Below the pieces are notes generated by a model. It made no database searches. It had not been told where the DNA came from and worked only from the letters and a program-made list of their open reading frames with translations. Made by a program: the position numbers and the translations under genes. From Candidatus Binatia bacterium (lineage in GTDB: Bacteria; Desulfobacterota; Binatia; Bin18): 64,000 bases of DNA. The DNA is taken from the NCBI GenBank assembly GCA_963666315.2, contig CAXXHG010000008.1:128001-192000 (forward strand), written 5' to 3'. Below, in pieces: positions 52,635 to 62,536 of the stretch (within the stretch, counting starts at the first letter, position 1; the number at the start of each line of letters is the position of its first letter).

Positions 52635-52794
52635 CTCTGCGCTTAAAAAATCGCTCAGTAAGCATTGTTATTCTGCTCGGCCCTTCTTACGATACGGTCT
52701 AGCTTTTAGTAAGTTTTGGGCAAGTTTTGGGATAGAAGGGCCTTGGCCACAGAAACACTTATTATATGGCCTCTACTTGATGGTTGTAGCTTCG

Positions 52795-52877
52795 CGTTCA
52801 TGCTTCGACAGGCTCAGCACGAACGGAGCAGCCCACAGACAAGCCTATTCCCGTTCACCCTGAGCTTGTCGAAGGGC
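52795..52877. repeat. REP-like palindrome
   Basis: CTTCGACAGGCTCAGCACGAACGG...CCGTTCACCCTGAGCTTGTCGAAG. Confidence 0.7.
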
Positions 52878-52972
52878 GAACAGCAAGGATACGAATGGGC
52901 ATCAAATGGAAACGATATTAGACACCCTCTTTGCGGGCGACTGAGGGCAAATGAGTATTCGGAGGTCATGGC

Positions 52973-54133
52973 ATGTATGTTCCGGAATCAGCCGAGCGCG
53001 AAATGCTGCGGCAAAGTCTGCGTCGCTTTTTGGATCGAGAGTGTCCGCGCGAGAAAGTCCGCCAGTGGGATGAAGAGGATTATTATCCGCGCGACGTTGT
53101 CGATAAGTTGCGTACCTTGGGCGTGTATGGCCTCACCACACCAGAGGAGTACGGCGGGCTCGGGCGCGATATCCCCGCCGCGATTATCACCATTGAGGAA
53201 CTCTGCCGCCGCTGTCCAACGGTTGGTGTAGCCTATATTATGACGGTGTTCTATGGGGCGGTGAATATCAATGAGTCGGGCAATGCGGAGCAGAAACGTC
53301 AGTTGTTGCCCAAACTGGCGGCCGGAGAGATGCGCTTCGCCTACGGGCTAAGTGAGCCGAACGTCGGCGCCGACTTGGCCTCGGTCGAAACCGTGGCTGA
53401 CCTCGAAGGTGATGTTTTTGTGGTCAACGGGGCTAAGCGCTGGTGTACGGGGGCCAATATTGCCGATTATATCTATACCTTGGTCCGCACCGACCGTCAG
53501 GCTACGCGCTATCAGAACCTCGGCATCCTGCTCATTGACCCCAAATCGCCGGGCATTACTATCGAGCCGATCAAGAAGATGGGCAACCATGGGATTCCGA
53601 CGACCGACGTGACGTTTGAGGATGTCAGAGTGCCGAAGGACAATCTCGTGGGTGGTATCGAGATGTTGCATAAGGCCTGGACACAGCTGGCCGGCCCGGC
53701 CCTTGATGTCGAAAAAATCGAAGTATCGAGTATTTGTCTTGGACTAGGTCAGGCGGCCTACGATGATGCCTTCCAATATGCGCAGGAACGTCACCAGTTT
53801 GGCAAGCCGATTTCGGCCCATCAATCCATTCGGCACATGTTAGCCGATATGGCCACCGAGTTGTTCGCCTCGCGCCTGATGGTCTACCACTGTGCCCAGC
53901 TCGCCCAGGATGAACAGCCGTGTTCGGTCGAGACCTCTATGACCAAATTGTATGTGGCGGAAGCGGCGACGCGGGTGGCGCTCAATGCTCAGAAGATCCT
54001 GGGTGCGTACGGCTATGCGCTGGAGTACGATGTACAGCGCTACTTGCGCGACGTGCTGCTATACCCCCTGGCCGGAGGTTCCTCCGCTATCCAGCGTAAT
54101 AACATTATGAACCGCATGGGTTTAGCCAAATAG
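52973..54133 (+). CDS. Acyl-CoA dehydrogenase
   Basis: PEEYGG, LSEPNVGAD, NGAKRW, RHQFGKPI, GAYGY..EYDVQRYLRD. Confidence 0.93.
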   Translation: MYVPESAEREMLRQSLRRFLDRECPREKVRQWDEEDYYPRDVVDKLRTLGVYGLTTPEEYGGLGRDIPAAIITIEELCRRCPTVGVAYIMTVFYGAVNINESGNAEQKRQLLPKLAAGEMRFAYGLSEPNVGADLASVETVADLEGDVFVVNGAKRWCTGANIADYIYTLVRTDRQATRYQNLGILLIDPKSPGITIEPIKKMGNHGIPTTDVTFEDVRVPKDNLVGGIEMLHKAWTQLAGPALDVEKIEVSSICLGLGQAAYDDAFQYAQERHQFGKPISAHQSIRHMLADMATELFASRLMVYHCAQLAQDEQPCSVETSMTKLYVAEAATRVALNAQKILGAYGYALEYDVQRYLRDVLLYPLAGGSSAIQRNNIMNRMGLAK

Positions 54134-54144
54134 GAGCGGAAGCC

Positions 54145-55017
54145 ATGAAGCTCTATCGCGACTTCACCTCACAGGAAGAGATTGACCAGGAGTACAACGT
54201 TGACGCCCTGGTGCCTGATATGGGACGGTATATCGAGCTCCTTGTGGGAGGAAGCGAAAAGGCCCGGCGCGAGCTGGAGTGTGTTCTCGATGTGCGCTTT
54301 GGTCCTACGCTGGACGAAACGGTCGACGTATTCCCTGCCAAGCAGCCGGGGGCTCCGATCCTGGTGTTTATCCACGGTGGCTATTGGCGCATTTTGAGCA
54401 GCAAGGAGTTTAATCTGGTCGCCCGTGGGCTGAGCGCCCATGGCGTCACTGTGGTGGTAAGCAACTACTCACTCTGTCCCAAAGTCACCATTGCTGAGAT
54501 CACACGCCAGAGTAGGGCAGTTATTGCCTGGCTGTCCCACGGAGCCGGAACGTATAACGGGGACGCCAATCGCATCTTCGTCTGCGGTGACTCTGCGGGC
54601 GGCCAACAGGTCGGCATGTTAATGGCCACCGATTGGCAGGCCGAGTACGGTCTGTCCAATGATATTATCAAAGGCGGGATTCCGATCAGCGGGGTCTTCG
54701 ACCTCGAACCCCTACGCTATTCCTGGCTACAGCCCAAACTGCTGCTGACGCATGAGATCATCCTGCAGCAAAGTCCCTGTTTGCATATTCCGCGTACAGC
54801 CCCGCCGCTGTCCATCACGCTCGGGGAAGAGGAGCCTGGCGAGTTTCAGCGGCAATCGAAAGACTATCTGGCAGCGTGGCAGGCACACGGACTGCGTGGC
54901 GAACTACAGGTCCAGCTGGGCAAGAACCATTTCACGGACATGGAGGGCCTTGCTGAGGCGGACAGTCCGCTCTGCCAAGCGGTGATAGATTTCATGACGC
55001 GCTGCGAGCGCGGCTGA
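54145..55017 (+). CDS. Alpha/beta hydrolase, arylformamidase-like
   Basis: FIHGGYWR, NYSLCP, GDSAGG, ISGVFDLEP, NHF. Confidence 0.85.
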   Translation: MKLYRDFTSQEEIDQEYNVDALVPDMGRYIELLVGGSEKARRELECVLDVRFGPTLDETVDVFPAKQPGAPILVFIHGGYWRILSSKEFNLVARGLSAHGVTVVVSNYSLCPKVTIAEITRQSRAVIAWLSHGAGTYNGDANRIFVCGDSAGGQQVGMLMATDWQAEYGLSNDIIKGGIPISGVFDLEPLRYSWLQPKLLLTHEIILQQSPCLHIPRTAPPLSITLGEEEPGEFQRQSKDYLAAWQAHGLRGELQVQLGKNHFTDMEGLAEADSPLCQAVIDFMTRCERG

Positions 55018-55095
55018 GACGAAGTGGCGATGAAATGAGCCAGGAGCAGCGCGCAGACATACATATCACGGCAGGTTTTTATCTGGGACTCAGCC

Positions 55096-57818
55096 ATGAG
55101 ATTCTCTGAGATTATCGACCAAGCTAGCGAGCTGCTCCAGCGCAAGGGGCGCCGATCGCGCATGAAGACCATCCGCAGCGAGCGCTGTATGCGGCGCTGC
55201 GGATGCAAGAAGAGATGCGGGGGTATGCGGATACGCTCCGGGAGCAGGGACGCGCTCCGCTCATGGTGCGCGTGGGGCTGAACACGGGCGAAGTGGTGGT
55301 GCGCTCCATTCGCAAAGACGACCTGCATACCGACTATGTCCCCGTCGGCCACTCCACGAACCTGGCCGCCCGGATGGAACAACTCGCTGCCCCCGGCTCT
55401 ATCCTCGTCACGGCGTACACCCATAAGCTCACCGACGGCTACTTCGAGTTCAAAGACCTGGGCCAGACGCACATCAAAGGCGTCGAAGAGCCGCTGAATG
55501 TCTATGAGGTCTTAGGCGCTGGCCCACTCCGCACTCGATTGCAGGTCTCTGCCCGGCGTGGACTCACGCGCTTTGTGGGGCGTCACAGCGAGCTGGACCA
55601 GCGGCAACGGGCGTTCGAGCAGGCCAAGGACGGCCACGGCCAAATCGTGGGGGTACTAGGCGAGCCGGGGCTGGGGAAATCCTGCCTGTTTTACGAGTTC
55701 AAACTTACCTCCCAAAGCGGCTGTCTGGTGCTCGAAGTGTTTGCGGTGTCGCATGGGAAGGCGTCACCGTATCTGCCCCTCATTGAGCTGCTGAAGACCT
55801 ATTTCCAGATTGACCCGACCGATGAGGAACGGACACGGAAAGAAAAGGTCGGCGGTAAAGTCCTGATGCTCGATCGGAGTCTCGAAGAGACCCTGCCGTA
55901 TCTCTTTTCCTTGCTTGGTATCGCAGACCCCAGCTCATCCCTGCAACAAATGGACGCCCAGATACGGCGTCAGCGGACGTTTGACGGGCTCAAGAAACTC
56001 TTCCTGCGCGAGAGCCTCAATCAACCCCTCATTCTCATCTTCGAAGACCTGCACTGGATAGTCACCGAGACCCAAGGCTTTCTGGATACGCTGAGTGAGA
56101 GCGTGGTCGGTGCCCCCTCGTGCTGTTGGTCAATTATCGACCCGAGTATCGCCACGAGTGGGGCCAGAAGAGGTATTACACCCAGCTGCGCCTGGCGCCT
56201 CTCGGGAAGAACGAAGCGGAGGAATTGCTGTCGTTTCTGCCGGGGACGGATGCCAGCCTCACTCCACTCAAGGCGCTCATCTTAGAGAAAACGGACGGTA
56301 CGCCGTTTTTTATGGAAGAGGTGGTGCAGACCTTAGCCGAGGAAGGGGCGCTCAGCGGCGAGCGGGGAAACTATCGCCTAGAGGCAACGCCACCAGAGTT
56401 GCACATTTCACCGACGGTCCAAGGCGTGCTTGCCGCCCGGATTGACCGGCTGGCGCCCGATGAGAAAGCCCTGCTCCAGCAACTTTCGGTCATCGGCCGG
56501 GCGTTTCCCTTGCGGCTGGTCCAGGGAGTGGTCTCCCTGCCCGAAGACACCCTGTACCGGGTTTTGGTATCCCTCCAACGCAAAGAGTTTCTGTATGAAC
56601 AGCCGGCGTTTCCCGAGGTGGAATACGTCTTCAAGCACGCGCTGACCCAGGACGTGGCGTATGGCACGGTGCTGCACGAGCAGCGCAAAGCGTTACATGA
56701 GCGGACAGGCCAGGCGATGGAAGAGCTGAATAAGGCGCGTGTGGGCGACCACTACAGTGAACTGGCACATCACTACAGTCGCAGTGGGAATGCGGAGAAG
56801 GCCGTCGCGTATCTCGGGCTGGCTGGCCACCAGACCGTGCAGCGGTCGGCCACTTCATCACGGCCATCGAGCTGCTCCAGACCCTGCCGGACAGTCCGGA
56901 GCGCAGCCAGCATGAGCTCGTGCTGCAGGTGGCCTTGGGCGTGCCACTCGTTGCCACCAAGAGCTGGGCTGTCCCGGAAGCGGGGAACGTGTACCTACGG
57001 GCACGGGAGCTGTGTGAGCAGATGGGGGACACGTCTGAGACCTTCCCGACGCTGTATGGGCTACTTGCGTTTTATTTTACGCGGGCGGAGCACAAGACGG
57101 CACAGGAGCTGGCCGAGCAACTCCTGCGCTTGGCCCAAAGCCAGCAAGACTCCGCTCTCCTGCTGGAGGCTCATTTGGCGTTGGGGTCCAGCTTGTTCTA
57201 CCAGGGAGACCTCGCCCCTGGCCGCACTCGCCTGGAGCAGGGGAGTGCACTCTACTGGCGTTGTCGACCGAGCAGGGCTTTCCGAACTGGTTGGCAGAGG
57301 GAACTATTTTCCGGGGGTGGGCGCTGGCCGCGTAGGGGCACAGAGCGGAAGGCATCAGCCAGATACCGGAGGGACTGGCTGCCGGCAGGCCACGGGGTCA
57401 GAGCTGTGGCGGTCGCAGCATCTTGCCTTATTGGCCGAGGCATACGGGCAAGACGCGCAGGTTGAGGAGGGGCTCAGGGCCGTGGCCGAGGCGTTGGCTG
57501 TTGTCGAGAGAACCGAGGAGCGGTGCTCTGAGGCCGAGTTGTATCGGCTCCAGGGGGAGCTGACGCTGGGGAAGTTCAAGGTTCAACTGTGAGACTGAAG
57601 CTGAAGAATGTTTCCAAAAGGCCATCGCGATTGCTCAAAAACAGAAGGCCAAATCTTGGGAACTGCGCGCCGCTACGAGTCTCGCCCGCCTCTGGCAGCA
57701 GCAAGGCAAGACCCAAGAGGCCTGCGATCTGCTCGCCGCGGTCTACAATTGGTTCACCGAAGGCTTTGACACGGCGGATCTGAAAGATGCCAAGGCGTTG
57801 TTGGAGACATTGAGCTGA
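55096..57818 (+). pseudogene. Class III cyclase-AAA/STAND ATPase-TPR gene with deletions and frameshifts
   Basis: RVGLNTGEVVV, NLAARM, FVGR, GEPGLGKS, FEDLHW, GTPFFMEE, FKHALTQ, WFTEGFDT spread over several frames. Confidence 0.9.
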
Positions 57819-58294
57819 CCGCCATCCTCGTCCTGTCCTTTGCACAAATCGCGTCCGATAAGGTGGGAATCTGGCAAGGTTGCCTCCCCAAGACCTCAAT
57901 GAAATAGCGGTGCCCATGGGGACCTTGCTTGCTCAGTGCTAATCTTTTTTGGCGTCCAGACACGGCTGATAGCGGCCATTGTGTCAAGCTTCGTACCAAA
58001 AACCCTGGACACTGGCGGAGCCGCGTCTAGCCATTGGGGACGGGCTTTAGTACAATCCAGCGCGATCGGTTGCCGAGGACGGATTATCTGCCGGGACCTC
58101 TGCCGTCCTGGGAGGAAACGGAACAAGAAGGCAACGGAGGCGCGATGAGTGAATCCCGGGACTTTGCAGATAGCGCGCTGGATGTTGTACCTTCGCGAGA
58201 TGCTATTCCCAGGGAAACCGCTCCACTTTCACTGTAACGCCTGTCGAGGTTATTGCGGCCCGATTGGGCTCACATTCAGAAGGAGGCGAGACGC

Positions 58295-59128
58295 ATGAGC
58301 ACACACGTTGACGAACGGCCGAACGCAAGAGAAAGGGAACGGCGCCTGGGGTTCGTGAGCCGGCCTCGGTTCGAGGACTATCGCGAGAAATTCGCCCCAT
58401 ACTTTAACATGGAGCGCCGCAACGGCATCCTCCAAGTGCAAATGCACACGGCGGGAGGGCCGGTCATGTACGGCCTCCCGATGCACAATGCTTGGTCCCA
58501 GCTGTGGCTGGACCTGGGTAACGACCCCGACAATGAGGTGCTGATTTTCAGCGGCACGGGCGACAAGTGGATCGCCGGGTTTGACCCGGAAATGACCAAA
58601 GAGCCCTTCCACGAGTTGCCGTCTGATGCGTTCTACGATCAGCTCTACGCGGACGCGACGAAGCTACTGGAGGCATTCATTTTCAATATCGACATTCCCA
58701 CGATAGCCTGTATCAACGGCTCGGGCTTGCACACGGAATTCGCGCTGTTATGCGACATTACGCTGTGCGCGGAACACGCGGAGCTATTCGATCCGCACTT
58801 TGAGTACAACCTCGTGCCCGGGGACGGCCAGGGGCTGACGTTCCAGGAGTTGATGGGGCTCAAACGCGCGGCATACTATCTGTATACCGGTGACACGATC
58901 AATGCGGAGATGGCCAAGGAGATGGGCCTGGTCAACGAGGTGCTGCCGCTAGACGGGCTGCTGCCGCGGGCCTGGGAGATTGCGGAAAAGATCATGCAGA
59001 AGCCGCGCTCCATCCGGCGCATGACCAGTGCGGTGCTGCGGCGCAAGTGGAAGCGGCGGCTGGTGGAGGATCTAGGGTTCCACATCGCGCATGAATTGCT
59101 CGGCATGCACCTCACCAAGGCAGAATAG
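58295..59128 (+). CDS. Enoyl-CoA hydratase/isomerase family (6-oxocamphor hydrolase-like)
   Basis: DPDNEVLIFSGTG, PTIACING, DPHF..VPGDG, GLVNEV; AAGGAGG RBS. Confidence 0.85.
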   Translation: MSTHVDERPNARERERRLGFVSRPRFEDYREKFAPYFNMERRNGILQVQMHTAGGPVMYGLPMHNAWSQLWLDLGNDPDNEVLIFSGTGDKWIAGFDPEMTKEPFHELPSDAFYDQLYADATKLLEAFIFNIDIPTIACINGSGLHTEFALLCDITLCAEHAELFDPHFEYNLVPGDGQGLTFQELMGLKRAAYYLYTGDTINAEMAKEMGLVNEVLPLDGLLPRAWEIAEKIMQKPRSIRRMTSAVLRRKWKRRLVEDLGFHIAHELLGMHLTKAE

Positions 59129-59381
59129 CCCACAGGTTGGCGTGGCGCCACATATTCCAAGGCTGGGCGCTGGCCGAGCAGGGACAGGGGGAAATGGACT
59201 AGCCAAATACGATGTGGTTTGGCTGAGTTTCGAGCTACAGGGGCCAAGCTGCCTCTGTTCTATCTTCTTACCCTGGTCGCGGTGTCAGGTGCAGGGTAGG
59301 TTCATGTGACCAGAAAAAGATGGCCTTGCCAAGACACACCCTGCGTGCCACGCTGAAGCATCTTTCACTGGGGGGTATGCT

Positions 59382-60659
59382 ATGGGCCGAGTCAATGCCG
59401 TCGAGAACAACGCTGCGGCGGTTACGGAGACAGTTTCGTCGGTCTATGTGCCTCCCCTCCAACTCACAGAAGGGCAGCCACCACCCATCGCTGCGAACGG
59501 CGGTTTATCCTACATGTCGTTCGATCGGGACGGAGATGCGGGAACTGCTGCAGCGACGGAGGCGGCGCTCCGCCAGATTGCCGAGGGGGAGGAGCAGGCG
59601 GTCATCGACATGATCGACAACGCGCCTCCCGGCCCCATCGCGACCAAGTGGGGCATCGGGTTTCGTAGCTACGCAGAGTGCCTGGAATATATTCGGGCGC
59701 AGAACATCGCAGCCCCTGAAGGCAGCCTAGCGCTTCCGCTGCCCTACACCGTCCACGAGCAGCCGTCCTACTCCATCGTCTCGTCCAACGCGCTCTGGCG
59801 GGACCCGGCGCGCGAGGCCGAGGCAAAAGCGTTGCGCAAGGAAGAGGAGGACATCGGGCGGGGACGCCTCTATTTTCCGCAGATACTGCGCGACGCACGA
59901 CGCATGGAGGAGTACTACCCCGGTCTCTCGCCCAACAGCTCTGCGTGCATGGACAAGCTTGGTGTCTCGCTCGCCCACTGCGAATCGAAGTGCCGAAATT
60001 TCTACGACGCGGCGGAGGTGGAGCGCGTGTTCTACCCGGAGATAGAGAAACTCCTCTTGGAGTTCTTCCCGGGTGCGACGGATGCGCTCGTGTACAACCA
60101 CGGCGTGTTTGACAAGGATTACAATGGCGACGTCAAGGAGGATCAGGACAACAAGGATCCGGGCGTGAACAACTTCTACGCCAACATCGTGCACAATGAC
60201 CTGAACGACAACAGCGGCCGCGTGCGCTGCCGCGAGCTGCTCACGAAGAACCTGCGGAACTTCGGGCGCGAGCAGCACTACACGGAGGAGCAGGCCGACG
60301 CGAAGATGTCGCGGCGGTTCATGTCGATCAACCTCGCCAAGCCGATGGAGACCGTACGCCAGAACCCCTTCGTGCTGTGCGCTTGGCCCTCTTTCGCCGA
60401 CCAGCCGTACATCACCAACTACCGCATCTACGACGACCGCGTCGGCGAGACCACCCGCTTCACCTACCGCCCCGACCACGAGTGGTACTGGCTTCCCGAG
60501 CAGACGTCCACTGAGGTCTCGATGCTCAAGTGCTACGACTCTGTCACCGACGGCTCCGTCTCGCGCTGGTCTTTCCACACTGCCTGCATCGACCCAACCG
60601 CGCCCGACGACGCTCCCTGCCGCAAGAACGTCGTGGTCCGATCCTATGTCTTCTTCTAA
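59382..60659 (+). CDS. CmcJ/NvfI/AsaB-like oxidoreductase with N-terminal extension
   Basis: LRDAR, FYPEIE, VHND, INLAKP, HEWYW, KCYDS, SFHTAC.DP, VVVR. Confidence 0.7.
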   Translation: MGRVNAVENNAAAVTETVSSVYVPPLQLTEGQPPPIAANGGLSYMSFDRDGDAGTAAATEAALRQIAEGEEQAVIDMIDNAPPGPIATKWGIGFRSYAECLEYIRAQNIAAPEGSLALPLPYTVHEQPSYSIVSSNALWRDPAREAEAKALRKEEEDIGRGRLYFPQILRDARRMEEYYPGLSPNSSACMDKLGVSLAHCESKCRNFYDAAEVERVFYPEIEKLLLEFFPGATDALVYNHGVFDKDYNGDVKEDQDNKDPGVNNFYANIVHNDLNDNSGRVRCRELLTKNLRNFGREQHYTEEQADAKMSRRFMSINLAKPMETVRQNPFVLCAWPSFADQPYITNYRIYDDRVGETTRFTYRPDHEWYWLPEQTSTEVSMLKCYDSVTDGSVSRWSFHTACIDPTAPDDAPCRKNVVVRSYVFF

Positions 60660-61194
60660 GAAGACAAGAAGACGCAGCAGGGAGAGGCAGAGAGCTGTGT
60701 CTGACCCGCAGCCAAGAGCGGTTTCGTCTCGCGCACCAGCTGAGACATCCATTCAGTGTGGCGGAAGCTTTCTTCTTTACGGCGCGGGTCCATCAGTGGT
60801 GCGGAGAGGCGCCAGCCGCCCAGGACTTTTGGTCACAAAAGTAAGCATGGTTGGACTTCTATAACAAATAATGTTTAGCTTCTGTGACCGCCTTAAGAAA
60901 AGAACCAGGAATATAAAAAGTGGTTTCAGGAAGGCAAGAATTTTCCTGGCACTTTTCGCGTGAAGAAGGAGTTTTTTTCGAAACTCTCACGTAACTCCGG
61001 AAGGCATACCTTTTTCTCTGCAACAGAGCCAAAATGGGCAAGTCGGGTTCTATGAGAATTTTCGTTCCTCTGTTGGAATGAAGTCGATTTTACACGTTTC
61101 GTTCCTGGCGGCCTACTCTGTGCCAGCAGTTGACGCCAGCCGTGCCAGGATAAACAATGCGAACCATAAGCGCTGCAGAAGAGAGGAATCAACG

Positions 61195-62183
61195 ATGGCA
61201 CGCATTGGAGTGGTATTTGCTGGAGGCATGTCCCCACCGGATATAGTTGAGTACGTCAAACTGGCCGAAGAACTCGGCTACGAATTGGCTTTGATCGCCG
61301 AAGGACACGGCGGAGATCAGTTTGCGATCTTGTCGGCGTGTGCTGTCCAGACTGAGCGGATTCTGCTGGGCACCGGCATTAGCAGCATTTTTGTCCGGAG
61401 TGCACCAACCCTGGCAATGGCGGCCGCCAGTGTGGACCATTTTTCTAATGGAGGGCTGATTTTCGGTCTCGGCCCAGCCACAAGGTCCAGGTCGAACCGG
61501 AGCACGGTATCCCCTACAGCGAGCCTGTCCACCGCCTGCGAGAGACAGCGGACATCATCCGCACCCTGCTACGCGATGGACAGGTCTCCTATCAAGGCCG
61601 CGAGATCAACATCGACAACTTTGATCTGTGGTTTGAGCCCATCCGGCGTGAGATCCCGATCTACCTGGCAGCCGTCTTTCCGCAGATGTTAGAGATCTGC
61701 GGCGAAATCACCCAGGGAACGATCCTGGCCTGGAGTATGCTGGAAGCGGGGCGGAAGGCGGCTGAGCATATTGCCATTGGCGCGCGGCGAGCAGGGCGTC
61801 GTCCTGAAGATATTGATATTGTGTCGCTGCTGCCCTGTAGCGTGTCTAAGAATCAAGGCGAAGCGATTGATCGTTTGCGACTAACCGCCGCATTCTATGC
61901 CGGATTCTTTCCCCGCTATAACCGACTGATGGCAGAAAGCGGCTTCCCTGAAGAAGCCAAAACCGTCCGCGCGGCGTGGCTCAAAGGGGATCGTGAAGGG
62001 GCCGCAAAGCTGGTGCCTGACGCAATGATCCAGGCCTTAGGTATTGTCGGCCCGCGGCGCAGTGTCGCGAACGGGTCAAAGCCTACTGGGAATCAGGCAT
62101 ACGGTTACCGGTCATTTCCCCTGCTGTGAGTGCGCCCGACGGCAAAGTAAGCGTCATGGAAGCGATGCGGGCGCTGCGCCGTA
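61195..62183 (+). pseudogene. LLM class (Mer-like) oxidoreductase, frameshifted
   Basis: AEELGY, TERILLGTGI, RSAPTLAM; shift near 61474 (IPIYLAAVFPQML) and further shifts near 62050 and at the 3' end. Confidence 0.8.
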
Positions 62184-62249
62184 GAAGCCCCCGGGGGACA
62201 GACCAGACGAGCTCACGCCAACGTTCTCCCTGCTCAGGAAAATCTGCCG

Positions 62250-62430
62250 GGCCTATCTACCTGAGTGCTTTCACCCGATGTTCGGCCACGCTGTCATCTT
62301 TCGGCCAATGGCAAAATCCTGAGGACCACAGTTCTCAGGGGCACACGGATGTCCAGTTTGGGATCGATCTCGCGCGGACCTTGGAGCGAGACTGCTTTGG
62401 TTCGCTCTTTTTTGCCGCTTTACATGGCGG
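62250..62430 (+). pseudogene. NtaA/DszA-family monooxygenase, N-terminal remnant
   Basis: GQWQNPED..IDLARTLERDCFGSLFFA resembles the family N-terminus (LA..LE.G.FD..F.AD). Confidence 0.55.
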
Positions 62431-62536
62431 GGGAGCGGGGAGTGTACCGAAGTCATTGACGCTACGGATTACAAAGAGTTGTCCTTGTACGGTTTTCCTG
62501 CTCTTATCGCTCCAGATTGATCAGGGAGTCCAGGCG

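Noticed and set aside
59727-60752. 341-aa antisense ORF
   Set aside because: Shadow of a high-GC3 gene; no motifs.
60860-61090. AT-rich stretch as ncRNA or IS end
   Set aside because: No recognisable structure, inverted-repeat partner or transposase.
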